64,000 nt of DNA, from assembly GCA_027604505.1 (NCBI GenBank), contig JADIIX010000012.1, forward strand, positions 62,001 through 126,000. The letters are read 5' to 3'. Below the pieces are notes generated by a model that worked only from the letters and a program-made list of their open reading frames with translations, was not told the origin of the DNA and made no database searches. This document shows positions 14,243-27,466 of the stretch, one piece after another (the first letter of the stretch is position 1; every line of letters starts with the position of its first letter). The stretch comes from Gonapodya sp. JEL0774 (Eukaryota). The position numbers and the translations under genes were made by a program.

Positions 14243-15010
14243 TTGAGAGTAACGAGTCATGAGGTCTTACTGCGAGCTTGATATGATTGTACTTCCTTTA
14301 ATCGATTTGCTGGGGTGCCGTCTTTTCATTTCCACGAATATCCTCAAAATCTTCTGTCACGGCGTTGCTGCTTCCGAGTGTAATGCAAGATTGCTCCAAA
14401 GAAATTAAATTGAAATAGATTAATACCTGAGAAGAAATGCCTTTGTGGTAGGGAAAGAAGGGCGTGGCTGTGGTCTTTGCCGTGAAAATCGACAAAGTTG
14501 TGGCCTCCTCTTCCAAATTCGGCTTTTCCGAGTCCTCCATTCCTTCCAACCGTTGGCCAACGATTCCTTGAGTCGGTTATTTGGGAACATTTGTATTGAA
14601 GGCGTGGAGGCTTGCCCGTTACAGGTTCCTTTGACTCGCCGAACAAGCCGCTCAAGCGGAAGACAGGACCCTTACCGGCCAGACCCGCTTGGATATCAAA
14701 ACGGGCGACGCACGGCACGGAACGCACTGATCGAGAGCGCCCGCCTATTGGAAGACGGTCACTGACTTGCTGGAGTAGGCCCGTCCACTTACGCCAAGAC
14801 CAAGTTTTCATCGGAGGATCCCCCACCTTTTTTTCGGCATCTGCCAATTTCCACTACCCAGTGGCTCTTTCTGTACTCTTTGGATTGTACTAGTCTACTG
14901 TTTGCCATCAATAATGGATCCTTTCCAGAGCGCTTATAACGGGGGTATTTCCACGACTTCTTTCGGAGTGCCGTTCACTCAATCTCAGCAGACGGATTTC
15001 TCGTCCAACT

Positions 15011-17400
15011 ATGCAGCTGAACAATCGTGAGTTGAAATAGATTGCGAGCCACAATTGACAGTTGAAGTTCAACAAGCTCCGCTTCATCCAGGCGCCCACA
15101 ATTCCTACCTCCACCTGACCAGTCATTCTTTCAGCAACCTATGCATCAACCTCAACCATCTCGCCCTCTGTCGATGCAGGAACCGTCTCAACACCCTAAC
15201 AGTCGTCAAGATCCAACTCGCCCAACGAACTTCCCGCAATCCCCACGTCCATTGTCCATGCAAGAAGCATCTCAACGGCCTGGCGGTCGCCAAGAACCTC
15301 CTCGTGCACTCAACATCGTCGATATTCGTCCGAGTAGCCGTCAGGACTCCTCCCCTCGTCCCGTTAGCCAAATTAGGCAGGATCCGCCACAGTCCCCTTC
15401 CATGGCTTCCATGGCGGATGGGCCTCAAAGACCACTCAGCCAACTAGACGGAGGCCAGAGGCCCTCGAGTCGTGCATTTAATGCCGCACCTCAGCCTGCG
15501 TTTCACAGAGTCTCCCTTTCTTCTTACAATTCGGATACCACGGACACCGGAGACGAAGCTGATCTCCGTCGCGGATTCCGAGCACCCGCTGCACCTTCTC
15601 AGAATCAGCGATCGCTTTCAAATGGACAAGGCGATCATAAGGACTTTTCCACTCTCAGAAGTTCCGACAGTGGAGCAACGTTGAATGGAGGAGCGTCGCA
15701 GCTTTCGCCCCCTGATAGTTCTCCACCGAAGAACAAGTCTCCTACCGTCCTTGAGTCTTCGTTTCACTCCTCGCCACCGCGCCGGAAGCGCAACTCGACA
15801 CCGCGCTGGGTGTTCCTCGTATTAATCGCTGTAGTCGGGCTGGCCATCATTGGAGGAATTGGAGTCGCTGTAGTCCTCATTCTCCAAAAGACCAAAAATG
15901 ATCAGACGAGCACCCAAGGCGTTTCGGGCATTGGCGTCGTTACCTCTCGAACGACAACTGCGAAAGTAGTAACCACGACGACGACGACCACCTCTGCAGA
16001 TGCCACACCTACCAGCGACCCAGTCCCAGATATGGTGCCTCTCACGGTGGGCAACGTGACGTTCCTACCTTCAGGTGCTCTGCCGACGGGACCACTTCCG
16101 GATTGTGAGTTTAGCCGCTCATGTCCACAATTGTTCGAATCCCGACTGATCCGTGACTGGTGCTGATCGTATTGTAGCCGTCTTCCGATCTTGCACTGTA
16201 CCTGGACTGGTTGCGATGACGTTTGACGGTGAGATGACGATTTTTGCATCCCGTGGCAACGTTCGTTTGATGTTTTTTGTCTTGTCGGGTGTGTCAGACG
16301 GCCCATTTCAATACACCAGCGGCCTTCTCGACGTGTTGGATAGTCTTGGGGTGAAAGTGACCTTCTTCATCAATGGCCGGAATCAGTAAGTGTTGCGGTG
16401 ACGTTATTTCAGGTCAGCCACTGATTTGCTCTTGCCCCTTTCCTACTTTCTATATTTATTTTTTTTGTCGAAACCAGAGGTGATCTTACCAATCCAACCT
16501 ACGCGAATCTAGTTAAGCGAGCACACGATGCCGGCCATTGCATTGGATCACAGTGAGTTTGGAACTTTGCATCATAACTCGATTTCAATTATCATCGATG
16601 TGACAATTGCAGTACGTGGACGCACGCGGATCTGACCACCCTCACCGCCGCTGGCGTGCGGAACGAGCTTCAGCAAATCGAGGACTTCATGATGGCGACG
16701 TTCGGAAAGAGACCCAACTACATGAGACCGCCTTACGTACGTATGCAAATGGGGTTTCGCTCGCCAGCGTTCGCCGCACACACTTTTAACTCGCGTTCTC
16801 AAACTCTTCCAGGGAAAGTTCAATGATGTTACAGTACAAGTCGTCAAGGACATGGGATGTGGGTTCTTCTCTTCGTCGCAACCTCACTTTCGAGGACTTT
16901 TCATCTCCTTTCTTCCGTTCTCAGACGCTGCAATGGTGTTGTGGGATCAGGATACCCTAGGTATGGGCCGTATATCTGGTTCGAAACGGACCCGACTGGT
17001 TCTTTGACAATTTCTTCGACATTTTCGTGATTATCCCTATCCATTGCAGACTGGGCACACCCGCAGGACGTTGTTTCTAGCATTCAAATCTACCGCAATG
17101 CCTTGGCAACGACCAACAATGCGACGTGAGTGTTGTGGCTACAAGCTTTGAATTGTTTAAATGATTTGTTCATCCCGCACGGGTTTACCCCTTCTTAGAT
17201 CCTCAATCTTGATGATTCAACACGATGTGGGTAAATCTCTCGAAACCCACCCGTATACGTAACGTGCTCACCGCAACGAGTTCCCTCAGGTCGTCCCCAC
17301 GGTGGCTCAAATGGTTCCTCGCGCCATCGACTCGATATGGAGGTCAGGATGGGTCACTGGAACGATGGAAGACTGTTTCCAACGGGCGTGCTACCGATAG
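15011..17400 (+). CDS. Membrane-anchored chitin/polysaccharide deacetylase (CE4/NodB)
   Basis: Spliced motifs: SCTVPGLVAMTFDDGP, VKVTFFING, GHCIGSHTWTHADL, RPNYMRPPYG, VLWDQDTLDW, MIQHD. TM helix WVFLVLIAVVGLAIIGGIGVAVVLIL follows a disordered N-terminus. Start uncertain. Confidence 0.88.
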
Positions 17401-17663
17401 TCCAATCTCTACATGCATGGTCAGTGAACGAGAGTGGGGGTGCGCGGTCCAGCATCAGGACGACGCCCCAGATCTGTCGCACAAAGCACGTTAAATCCCC
17501 GCAACAAGTAGAAGTGCTTCTTCTTATTATTTAATAGTACTAGTAATTAGATCTCTCATGGAGGACATTAAATGGGGGTAAAGCACAATACCAAATACAA
17601 GAAACAATCAAACCCCATCCCGTGGAGGTGATGAGTGGTGTTCCCTTTTCCGTGAAAAAGACG

Positions 17664-19250
17664 TCACCGACCGACTTCCCATTGGTTTCCCTTCAGTTCA
17701 AACACAGAAACGAGGAGGCCCCCACCGTCTCGAAAAACGAGCCTCTCTGCAGTCCACATTCGCTGGGCACTTGTGGCGGCCGTCGCGCGGGGCGAGCCGA
17801 GAAGCCTGGATTCTACCACGTCCTTGCCTAGCAGCTGTTGGATCGCGGAGAGTGCTCTGGTTTGCAGCGTGGCGTTGTAACGCACGAGTGGCGCCGGGTC
17901 GGTAATGTGGTCACCGTCCTGAGTTGTGGCGGGAAAGTGGCTCCACTCGAGCCACTCGTTCCCCGCGAACGTGATCTCCCCCAAGTCCCACCCCTCGATG
18001 TCGCCGTTGCCCCTGACCAGCTCCCTCACCACGTCGGGGTACGAGTACTTGAGCCTGATACGCTTGAGCCCTTTGATACCGCGAGCGAGCTTCAAGAGCA
18101 AGACGGGGGAGTACACGGTGCAGTCGAGCGAGGTGACGTACGAGGTGGGGACGGTGAGCATGTCGACGAGGGTGGTGAGCGCAATGGAGGAGATGGAGAC
18201 GCAGAGGCGGAGGTGGGCGAGGTGGAGGGGGTGGGTGCGGGGGGGCAGGACCGACGGTTCGGACGGGGAGAAGAGAGGGAGAGGGAGAAAGTTGGGGCGC
18301 ACTGCGGGGTAGGCGCAGGGGTGGTGTGTCGGCAGGTGGGGGTGGTTTTGTGTTTGTAAATGTGACGGTGCGGTAAGAAGGGTGGTGAGATGGTTCAGGT
18401 TTCGAGGTATGTACCGAGTAGCCTCATTATCTGAACAACCTCAACGCACCTGCGTTGATGACCAGCCTATCAGTGCGCGCAAGCATGGGAGTCAACATCA
18501 GATACGAGTGCGGGAAAGTGCTCGACAGATAGCAATCCAAATCCAACGTCGTGGGAGACCGCGGGTGGAAACCGTTGCCCACGGGACGCCCACTCGTGTC
18601 AGCGTGGAGGGGGCTCACTCCGCCCCTGGTGCGTTCGAATCGCACGCAGCGGAGCGTGTCTCCACAGGCGGACAGGAGGCGGTGTTCGAGGTCGATCCAC
18701 TGCTTGAGGTCGGAAAGGGTCGGGCCGAGGATCTTGACGTCGAAGATGAGAGAACGGACCAGACGGGCGACGTTGTGGAAGGAGTTCTGAGGAAATAAGG
18801 GGTTCTGTTTAGCTTAAGGAGACAGTAGATGCGTTCATTTCACAAAACAGCGAGCGAATTTTGTGAGCGTGAGTACTCGCCTCGTTCAGGAGAACTTGTT
18901 TGACGAAGATGTGAGAGAAGGAAGCCCGAACCACGATCGACTGGGAGTAATGGACCTGAGCGGCAACGTAACTCCTTCAAAATGGTCAAAGGCGGATTTT
19001 GGAGGTTCTCTTGTTAATATTTAACGACTCAAGAGACACGAGAGTGAGGAGCAACCACAAACCTTACCAGAACTTGTTCACTAGAAACAGTTTTCGCAGC
19101 TCTCTTTGGGAAAGAAAGGAAAAAATTTGCAGAAGTAGCTCTTTGAAATGGAAAGGAGAATCGCTGGAGTGAGATTAAGCAAACTTGGACTCGAAGTCGA
19201 CTAAACGTGAACCAACCGGGCATCGCGAGACTGAGTAGACCAGACGCCAT
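17664..19250 (-). CDS. F-box domain protein (multi-exon; 3' end uncertain)
   Basis: First two exons splice to MASGLLSLAMPELLLQIFSFLSQRELRKLFLVNKFW, which fits the F-box pattern. The downstream exon ~18450-18790 joins ORF 17664-18302 in frame through a GT-AG intron. Confidence 0.6.
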
Positions 19251-19514
19251 CCTGTACAGGCAGTTTGCAGTTGCGATTCCACAAGCAAAAATACGCTCTG
19301 GACGTGGTTTTGGCAATTTTGTTAGTTTAATCCGCAGAAAGAATCACGGTTTTCCCATCGAGTTTCAGCCTGTTTCGTCTCGATCTGTGAAGACGGCTGA
19401 TCAGGCCCAGGGAAGGACGTGATCGTGAAGACACCACAACGCACACATCACTTCGAACATTTCCTTCCCCTCTTTTACTCATTCCATCGCACTTCCACTC
19501 TCAATTCCCATCAA

Positions 19515-21718
19515 ATGCCCCGTGATTTACTTGCCGGAATGGTACTCTGCTGTTCCTACTATTGTCCTCAAGGAATGGCCCGTCTACTCATAATTTCACC
19601 ATCTCGCCATTTCCCTCCACACCTCCTTGACTCCTCGTCGCCCCCTTCCTTGACCACCCATCCACCCACTTGCTTGCATAATGCTGCTGAATCTGCTTTG
19701 GCCTTTGTCGTGGTTTCCCCATGGGGACCAAGCCGGCGGAGTCCCCCGCCCAAACTCCCCCCACCGATTCCAAGCCTGCAAAGAGTGGGAAGCCCGCAAA
19801 AGAAAAGGAACCGGACGCAAACGCAGCGAAAATGAAAGAGTTCTTTGAGGAAGTGCGTATTCGAAGGAACCTCACCGAGAGCTTCCTTTGGAAAAAACCT
19901 TGCGGGAACTCGTTGGGAGCAGCATGAAGCATGTCCTACGAGTGGAGTGAGCGAGAGCCCAGCGAGCCGCTAGGCGTGCCCATTCAAGCTGTATGCTGGA
20001 TTTTCTCTCAATGCCCCACCAGCCGTTCAGCAGGGCCATTCGAGCCGAGGCGACATATTCTATCAATGACCGCACGGCATATGGACTATGTACCTTGTGA
20101 CCATGTGGACTTTTGATAGGGGAGAGGTCACATGGACTTATAACAGCAATCTAATGAAACCCCTCCCTTTGATAAAGGTGGGAATCGTCCGAGACGCCAT
20201 CGCCACCTTGAAAAGGGATATCGACTCTGTAGAGCCCCTCCACGGAAAGGCCATGACCGCGACGAGTGAAGCACAGCAATCTGGTGATTACATACCTTGT
20301 CCCCTTCCATTCGCCAAAAGAAGAAATTGCGTGAAGCAGAAAGAAAACTCACTCCCCGTTCATCTTCCACGAATCTCCTCAATTGATACCCACCATATGA
20401 CCATCCTCCTCACGACTTGCGGAACCGGATATGCGACCAGACATCTCCAAGGACATTGGGGCGATCATGGACCGTGTGCAGAGCCAGTCGAATAAAATCC
20501 GAGCGAAACTGAAAGGTTCGTGGGGTTCATGGGAGTGTGCGGATCCCCGGGAGTCCTGAGCACGTTCCATTCACTCGTTTTTGGAGATTTCGACTCGATA
20601 GGAGAGTCACACACTGCTCACCCATCCTTTGCTCTCCACTCGGAACACAGGTATGGAAGCAGCAAACAAGAAATTCTCCAAAGAGAGCGGCCCAGGCTCG
20701 AGCGACGCACGAATACGAGAATCGCAGGTTCGTGTCGTTCGGTTTTTTGCTTCCTGTCCCCCTTTTTGAAATGTTCTCCACGCACTTGTCGCTCGTCTCG
20801 CTCCCACGTGAATACTTATTTCACTGAACATAACCCTTCACTCGGTAACTGCAGCAAATCGCCCTCAGCAAGAAATTCGTAGAGCACATGACCGAGTACA
20901 AGGACCTACAGCAAAAGTACCAGGGGAAAATCAAACAAAGGATGAAGAGGGAGATCATGATCGGTAAGCTACTACCTCATTTGGAATTTCACCGTGCGGG
21001 CGGGGTCTCGGCCCTTCGCCGTCGCTCTGGTTTCTGGTTCGCCTGCACACTCAAGCTCACACCGATACCAATTTTACTCAAACGATCAACAAAAGTCAAA
21101 CCTGACGCCACGGACGCGGAAATCAACCAAGCGATGGAATCAGGAACAAATGGCATTTTTGCTCAGCAGGTGCGTCACTCCGATCAGTCAAAACAAAAAT
21201 TAGCCCCCTCTAGGTTTTGAGGTTTGCTTTCCCATTCCAACACCACCACCAACTGAACCATGTGTCCTCCGTTGTTCGTGCCCGTGCCGCCCAGATGCTC
21301 AAAACATCGAAACAAACAGAGGAAGCGCGGGCGGCCCTCGTAGACATTCAAAACCGCCACGAGGAGATCATCCGCATAGAAAAGACCGTCCTGGAACTGC
21401 AACAATTGTTCATGGACATGGCGGTGTTGGTGGCGGCCCAGGAGGAGCAGATCATTGAGATTTCGGAGAACGTTGGGAAAACAGTGGACAACACAGAAAA
21501 GGGTGTCCAGGAGCTCAGAAAGGCGAATAAAATGCAAAAGAGAAGTAGAAAGGTGGGTAGGATCTGTCTCAACGTCGTGACCGTTGTAGAAAGCACCCAT
21601 TTCTGACCGTCTGTTCCCGCCCGTTCCTTTGCTCTGATAGCTGATGTGCTGCGGTCTCTTATGTCTCATCATTCTTATTATTGTACTGGGTGTTGTCTTT
21701 GGTGTGATCAAGAAATAA
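19515..21718 (+). CDS. SSO1: Plasma-membrane syntaxin (t-SNARE, SSO1/syntaxin-1-like)
   Basis: N-peptide MPRDLLAG, Habc segment MKEFFEEV, SNARE motif ALVDIQNRHEEIIRIEKTVLELQQLFMDMAVLVAAQEEQI, and C-terminal TM LMCCGLLCLIILIIVLGVVFGVIKK*. Confidence 0.9.
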
Positions 21719-22400
21719 TCATTGTTTGCATTCACCTCTTGTCGTCGTCGGTCTCGGCGAACGCTGCGGGGGAGTCAACCGATCGCAACGGGGCTTCTGC
21801 AACGTGGTGGACCTTGAGCTCAATGTCACATGGTGCAAAAAACGCTCAGTCACTGAGTGTATTTTGAATCGACTGGGTCTACCTGGTTTCCCGGGATCTT
21901 TGCGCTTGGATCTGAATCTGACCCCACCTTACTCCTGAAGGTGGTAGTCTGAAACTGGATCTCGTTTGGACAGAGCGCACCACCAACCGAGCAAGGACGT
22001 TGCATCCAGTGTTAGCCGTGTCATTGCAAAAAGTGGCTCTACGAACGGTGTGAGTGTGAGTGTAGGGATCGATGAAACGGAGTCCTGACTGTCGCTACCA
22101 CTGTTGTAGGGCCATGTTCTTTACTAGACAGCGCCGAATCTCACCGCACACCGAAAATACCTCTAGCTTTAGAGTAAATTAATTCACTGTATTTTCAGTG
22201 GTGGAGAGGACGGATGGTTTGCACCACATCGTGAACCAAGCTGAGGAGGATCTTCACAGGATACAAACCATTTTCCCCTCCAATCTGTTCACGAGGGGGA
22301 ATCACGAACGCAGAAATCCATTCTCAGTTGCACGACGGCTACCGTGCTCTCTTTCGGCGTTGAATCACGGGAATATCCGCTGTCACTGAGGGTGAGGGGA

Positions 22401-24775
22401 ATGGACACCCAGCCCGGTTCGGGAATGGGTTCGCCCCCTAGCGATCCACGAGAGCAATCATTGTACTACAAACGGCTGTACGATCGCCTTCTTGGGCAAC
22501 ACACGGCGCTTCGAGAATCACACGAAGCGCTCCGAAAGGAATTGGACGAGTTCACGACGGATTCAAGAGCGCTGGAAGAAGAGCTTGAATCGGAGGTGAA
22601 GAGACTCGAAAGGGATAAAGACGAGGCACACGATAAGATCGATGTTCTGAGAAGGGAAGGCGAGGAGGCTAAGGTGAGTGATCAGGATGATACAGCTATG
22701 ATTTTAGAATCCTCTTGAGTCTGAGACAGAATGCAATTCGAACCCCCGTTTTCGTCACAAATTCTACCACATGTGCGATTTGATCGGCACATGACATGCT
22801 TGTTGTCACCCTTCGGGGACCGTGACACGTGCCTATGGGTAGACCAAGCTCACAAGTTTCCAGATTGAATCCCAACGGACGATAAACCAGCTTGCCCAAG
22901 ACTTGGACAATCTACGATATCATCAAAAACGGGACAGGGAGCGTATGAGGGGTCTGGAGATTGCCAATGACGAACTGGAGAGGCTCACTCGGTGGGTGTT
23001 CAAACCTGATGACAATCGTGGCCCGAGATAGTGAAGCCGTGGCGATGAAATACTTGGACATTAACACTTTTCTATTCAACATAACATACTTTAGCGCCGC
23101 CCAGGCAGAAATCGAGGATCTCAAATCAAGATACAATCAGACGCTGGAGCGCAATGTCTTCCTTCAGCACGAAGCGGAAATGCTGGAGCAACTTCAAACG
23201 GAGCTACAGCGCGTCAAGGATGAACTGAGAGGTGCGTCGTTTCAAGAGCCGCCTTTTAAAGTTTTCACCTTCCCTTTCTCACATGTCGTTCCGCAGACGC
23301 GCACACGGAGCTGGAGATTCGACGTGCCGCCAAACTCTCGCGCGCATCGCTTCTTGTCGGATCACCTGTTGCCAACACCTCATCTGCCACATCCTCACTT
23401 AGTGACACTCTTCACCACCCCGCGCCCTCTTCTATCGCTACGGACCAATCCGGTGCCACCACCGCCGGTCTGCCAACCTCCCTCTCCACCGGAAACATGA
23501 GCGCTGGATTCTCGGTATCTCCACCGTCGCCAGATGATAATGGCCCTGCAGAGCTCCCATCACATGCTTTTGGTGACACCCCATCTCGCAGCCCAATATA
23601 CTCATTTGGGGATCTCGATATGGCAGATGGTACGGACGATGGGCGCGCTGCAGTTGAAAGGACGAAGCGGATGTCGACCGCCGTGGGCCAGAATGTTCAC
23701 ATGCTCCAGGACCTGTTAACAAAGGCAAAAGTGAGCGTCAATCCTGCCTTCTTCTGCGTGTTCGTGAAATCACACGCGTTCCTCTATTGCCGTGTCATAT
23801 TTGAAGGGTATCGAGCAACGCATTGCCCAAGCCCGAGCGTGGTATATATCTCCGCTGCTCCAAACAGGGCAGCCCTTCCCGGGACCCACTTCAGATGGTC
23901 GAGCGAGCCCACGGGGGAGAAGTCCTCTCCCACACTCCCATATTCCCCCTGCATCTCATCCCTCCGAGCGGAGTTCTGAGCGAGGGCCTATGCCTGCCTT
24001 CGCGTCGGCACTGTACCCCCCCGTGTCAAATTACAGAGGCAGCTACGATGCAGACAACGCGTCTTCTACAGGCGCAAGCTCATATGAGCGATCTGTTCGC
24101 AGTTTCGGCGACCGGCTGGACTCATCAAGGGGTCGGAACGATTGGGGATCTGGATATGCTTCCCAGCAGCTGCATCAGCAACAAGACAATATGGACGATG
24201 ATCAGGGCTCAACATGGAGCGCTGGGGGTGGGCAGCAGAGAGGTGGTACACCTCAACCTGGTGATAGCAGTTCCCGGAGGAATGTTCCAAAGCAGGAAAA
24301 GAGCCGCAAGAGTGTGCTTGGTGCAATCATACCCGGATACAGTGACTGGGTTACCTCTGCTATCGGGAAAATCTCGGGTGACCGTGGCAGGCGAGATGAT
24401 GTTGACAACAGTGGCAGCGACATTTTTACCGGCGACGGTACGGGAACAGCAACTCCCAGGACACCTGTTCGGTCCAGCACGGGCGGTTGGTTTAGCGGTA
24501 GACTGTCACGTGGTGGATTTAGGCCGGGTGAGGGTGAGTCCCACCCCGACCGTCCACCCTCTGCAGGCGGATTCACAGCCCAGCGAGCATCTTCAACTTC
24601 GAGAGATAGTCCAGGGCGTGCATCAGGTGAACCGGACTCTGAGAGGAGAAGCTTTAGTGGCTTTCAGAGCAACGCCGTGCCGGGCGCAAGAGTTCGATCA
24701 GAGTCGGCCTCGCCCGCATCCCCCATCAAGAAGTCTCCGTCGGCGGTGAGGCTCTTCGGTGGGGGTGGTACATAG
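22401..24775 (+). CDS. NUDE: NudE/Ndel1 nuclear distribution protein (dynein regulator)
   Basis: YYKRLY..LDEFTTDSRALEEELESE, MRGLEIANDELER, KSRYNQTLERNVFLQHE..LQTELQRVKDELR, then a disordered C-terminus. Confidence 0.8.
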
Positions 24776-25245
24776 TGATACGTTTAGTATACCACATTAA
24801 TATAGTAATGTATAAATTGTCACTTTAATTTCATTGAGACACGGAGGTCCTTCCAATGTGATCTTTGACTTTTATATCTGTGGTTAGATTTATTCTGAGA
24901 ATTCGATTCGGCCTCGGGGCCCCGCTTGACATATTCATACTACGCACATCGCATGCCGAATTATTTAACTGTGCCTTGACTTAATGTCCTCCACACCGTG
25001 GTTTCCTGCCCCGAGAGGCTGTATTCCTGATGAAGCCGAGGTGGACATTTTCCCAAGATAAAAGAGCAGAAACAATAGTGACATGTGGAGAAAGTTGGAG
25101 GGCAGACGTCATCTGAAATCTCAGGCCCTTCGCTTTGTGAGTGTGGGAAGTGAGCGTAGTGAGGACAGCGGTAAGCGCAATTTATTGAACGGCTGGCAGG
25201 TAGGTATCATGCAGGTTGCCGTTGTTTCACACGAAGTTGCGGTTG

Positions 25246-26619
25246 CTATAGCTTTCCATGCTGCAGAACCCGAGACACTCCAACCTCCAGACCCAGCTCC
25301 TCAGCACACCAAACCCTCATCACTCTGCTCCAAGCGTCAATTGTTTCCAAATCTAGCGCTGCCGCATTGTCCCCCTCAGTATGCCATACACTCGGAAAGG
25401 GTACAGGGATTAGGTGAAGAATCGGCACCCCCAAAGCCAGAAAGGGCAGGTGGTCGTCCGCCACACCGTAGTTAGACACGGAAGAAGGGTCATCAGTGAA
25501 AAAGGTATTAACAGGTGTGTAGGAAGCGCCACGGTTTCGTGCAAGTTGCTGAGCTTTGGCTTCGACACGGCGCTGAGCGTCACGAAGGCGTCCGTACACA
25601 GAAGCGGTGTTAGCAAAGGAGTTGTGAATGCGGGGAGATGGGGATCCGAGCAGATCGAGTAACACGAGCATGTCGATAGACTCAATCATCGTTCCGGCAC
25701 TATCACCACTGCTTAAGCAACAGGGGTTGGGCTCCGCTTCCCATCGTGCGGCAAGATGGCGGCTCCCGTAGATGGAATCGGTGGCCGTCCAGTCGCGAAA
25801 AGCCTCTTCGCCATCAAAGAATATGAATTGGAGAGTAACATCGGGGGAGCCCTCGGTGCGCTTGGAGCGGGCCTCGAGGAGCGGATCGAGTGCTGCCGCG
25901 ACATCGAGGAGGATTGCGCACGGAGCGGCGGAGTCGGTCGCACCCAGGAAATCAAACTGCTCAAAATATTTGGAGTCAAAATGAGCGGCGACGACAATAC
26001 GGCGGGGAGAGGCGGGATCCTTTGTGGCAATGACGTTGGTAAATTTTTTTAATCCGAATGGTGTCGTGTCTTCAAAGGAGTCTTCGTCCACGGACCAGTT
26101 CCCAGCCAGAGTATTCCTAAAAAAATCTGCAATGAAATCTTTGACGGCTGCATTTTCGGGAGTGCCTGAAACTCGAGGAACGAGAATTGGTGCAATAAGG
26201 GAAGACGGGTCTGCAGGATCGAAGCGGGACAGATTCGAAAGCGGGGAAAGGAGACGATGGAGGCCAGTGTCCGACAGTCTTTTAAATGTTGGAGGTCGCT
26301 TGCTTCGAGGGATAAACGTTCTCCCCTGGAAGGCGGCCGTTGGATCAGCTGGAACATGCTCCACTTGCTGAGTGCTATCAGCAGCTCCGTCCAGCGCTGA
26401 AATGTCCGATTTCGGTGATACGGTCACGATTATAGCCGCTACCAGCAATAAGCATCCAGATGCTACTGCCAGAGGTCGCAATGGGTTCGCAGAGAACCAC
26501 TGTCGCCAGGACACCTGCACAGCTCGATTACTGCGTGCTGGACGAGGCCGTGGCCGGTCAGATCCGACCGTTCCGAGAAAAGCGCCGTCCCGCGGGTCAT
26601 TGCGACCTCGCCGGCTCAT
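25246..26619 (-). CDS. Glutaminyl-peptide cyclotransferase (M28 family) with N-terminal membrane anchor; single exon
   Basis: 457-aa ORF containing PRVSGT, AAHFDSK, GATDSAAPCAILL, FFDGEEAF..DSIYGSRHLA, LLDLLG, DDHLPF..GVPILHLIP.PFPSVWHT. Confidence 0.92.
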   Translation of the reverse strand: MSRRGRNDPRDGAFLGTVGSDRPRPRPARSNRAVQVSWRQWFSANPLRPLAVASGCLLLVAAIIVTVSPKSDISALDGAADSTQQVEHVPADPTAAFQGRTFIPRSKRPPTFKRLSDTGLHRLLSPLSNLSRFDPADPSSLIAPILVPRVSGTPENAAVKDFIADFFRNTLAGNWSVDEDSFEDTTPFGLKKFTNVIATKDPASPRRIVVAAHFDSKYFEQFDFLGATDSAAPCAILLDVAAALDPLLEARSKRTEGSPDVTLQFIFFDGEEAFRDWTATDSIYGSRHLAARWEAEPNPCCLSSGDSAGTMIESIDMLVLLDLLGSPSPRIHNSFANTASVYGRLRDAQRRVEAKAQQLARNRGASYTPVNTFFTDDPSSVSNYGVADDHLPFLALGVPILHLIPVPFPSVWHTEGDNAAALDLETIDAWSRVMRVWCAEELGLEVGVSRVLQHGKL

Positions 26620-27466
26620 TATTGGTGAGTGTCATCATCCTATCTCTCGGCATGCGACTGACTTTTTCAGAGATGAATCAATTATGAATGGGGTATCAAG
26701 TAAGCTCTCTGGCAGCACGGCATCTTCCCAAAAGTCTTACGTAGCTTTATGAGAAATATAGTGGAGTTTCTTTGCCTCTGGTCTTGTTATTCCCATCACT
26801 CAGTGAATAGTCGGTTTGGCCAGACCGCCTTCTTAAAAAAAATTTCATCCTGCATTTCACTCGTGCTACATTATCTTTTTGCGTTAGTTTGTCTGTCCAA
26901 CAGGTCTCGTTGAACGCAGTCATAAAACCTCAGCCCGGTCCGTCCTCACAGCACACTTTTCTGCAAGCTTGTTTCTGCTCAGCTTCACAACTGACTGCCC
27001 AAATCCCGGATTGACCATCGGAAAGAGGGGCGAGCTTGACAAGGCTACGTTGAAATTGCCGGTGAGTTTGGGATTGCAGGTTGGATGGAGGCAGGGAGAA
27101 TGCTTGACACGTTTCAGCCTGTGAGAGGCGAGGAGGAATCAGAATCGTCATGTCAGTACAGAGTCTCCGAATCCTGAAGCGATTTCCTACTTGTCAATTG
27201 TTGTCTTCTTCGCGTTGCATTGTCCTGGCTCTACCCGCTGTTTTCTCAACACTGCAAACTCAAAACTCTGCCATCGTTGCCGACACTCGGCCTTGTCTGC
27301 TTCATGACGGTCGTAACCCCCCTGCATTTTCTATTACAACGATTCTCGTGACTCTCTGGGACCCGACCCTGCCCTCAGGAACCCAAACCATCCGACCTGG
27401 ATTTCTTCCCTCACGCCTGCCTTTTTCAACAGCTCTCCATTCCCCACTCTTGACCACACCTCTCTC

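Noticed and set aside
14298..14893. Overlapping 80-170 aa ORFs between the unknown gene and the deacetylase
   Set aside because: No motifs, near-cognate starts and no coherent splice model.
18420..18450. Apparent in-frame stops suggesting an F-box pseudogene or readthrough
   Set aside because: The stops fall inside a canonical GT-AG intron (~18302-18449) whose removal restores the frame.
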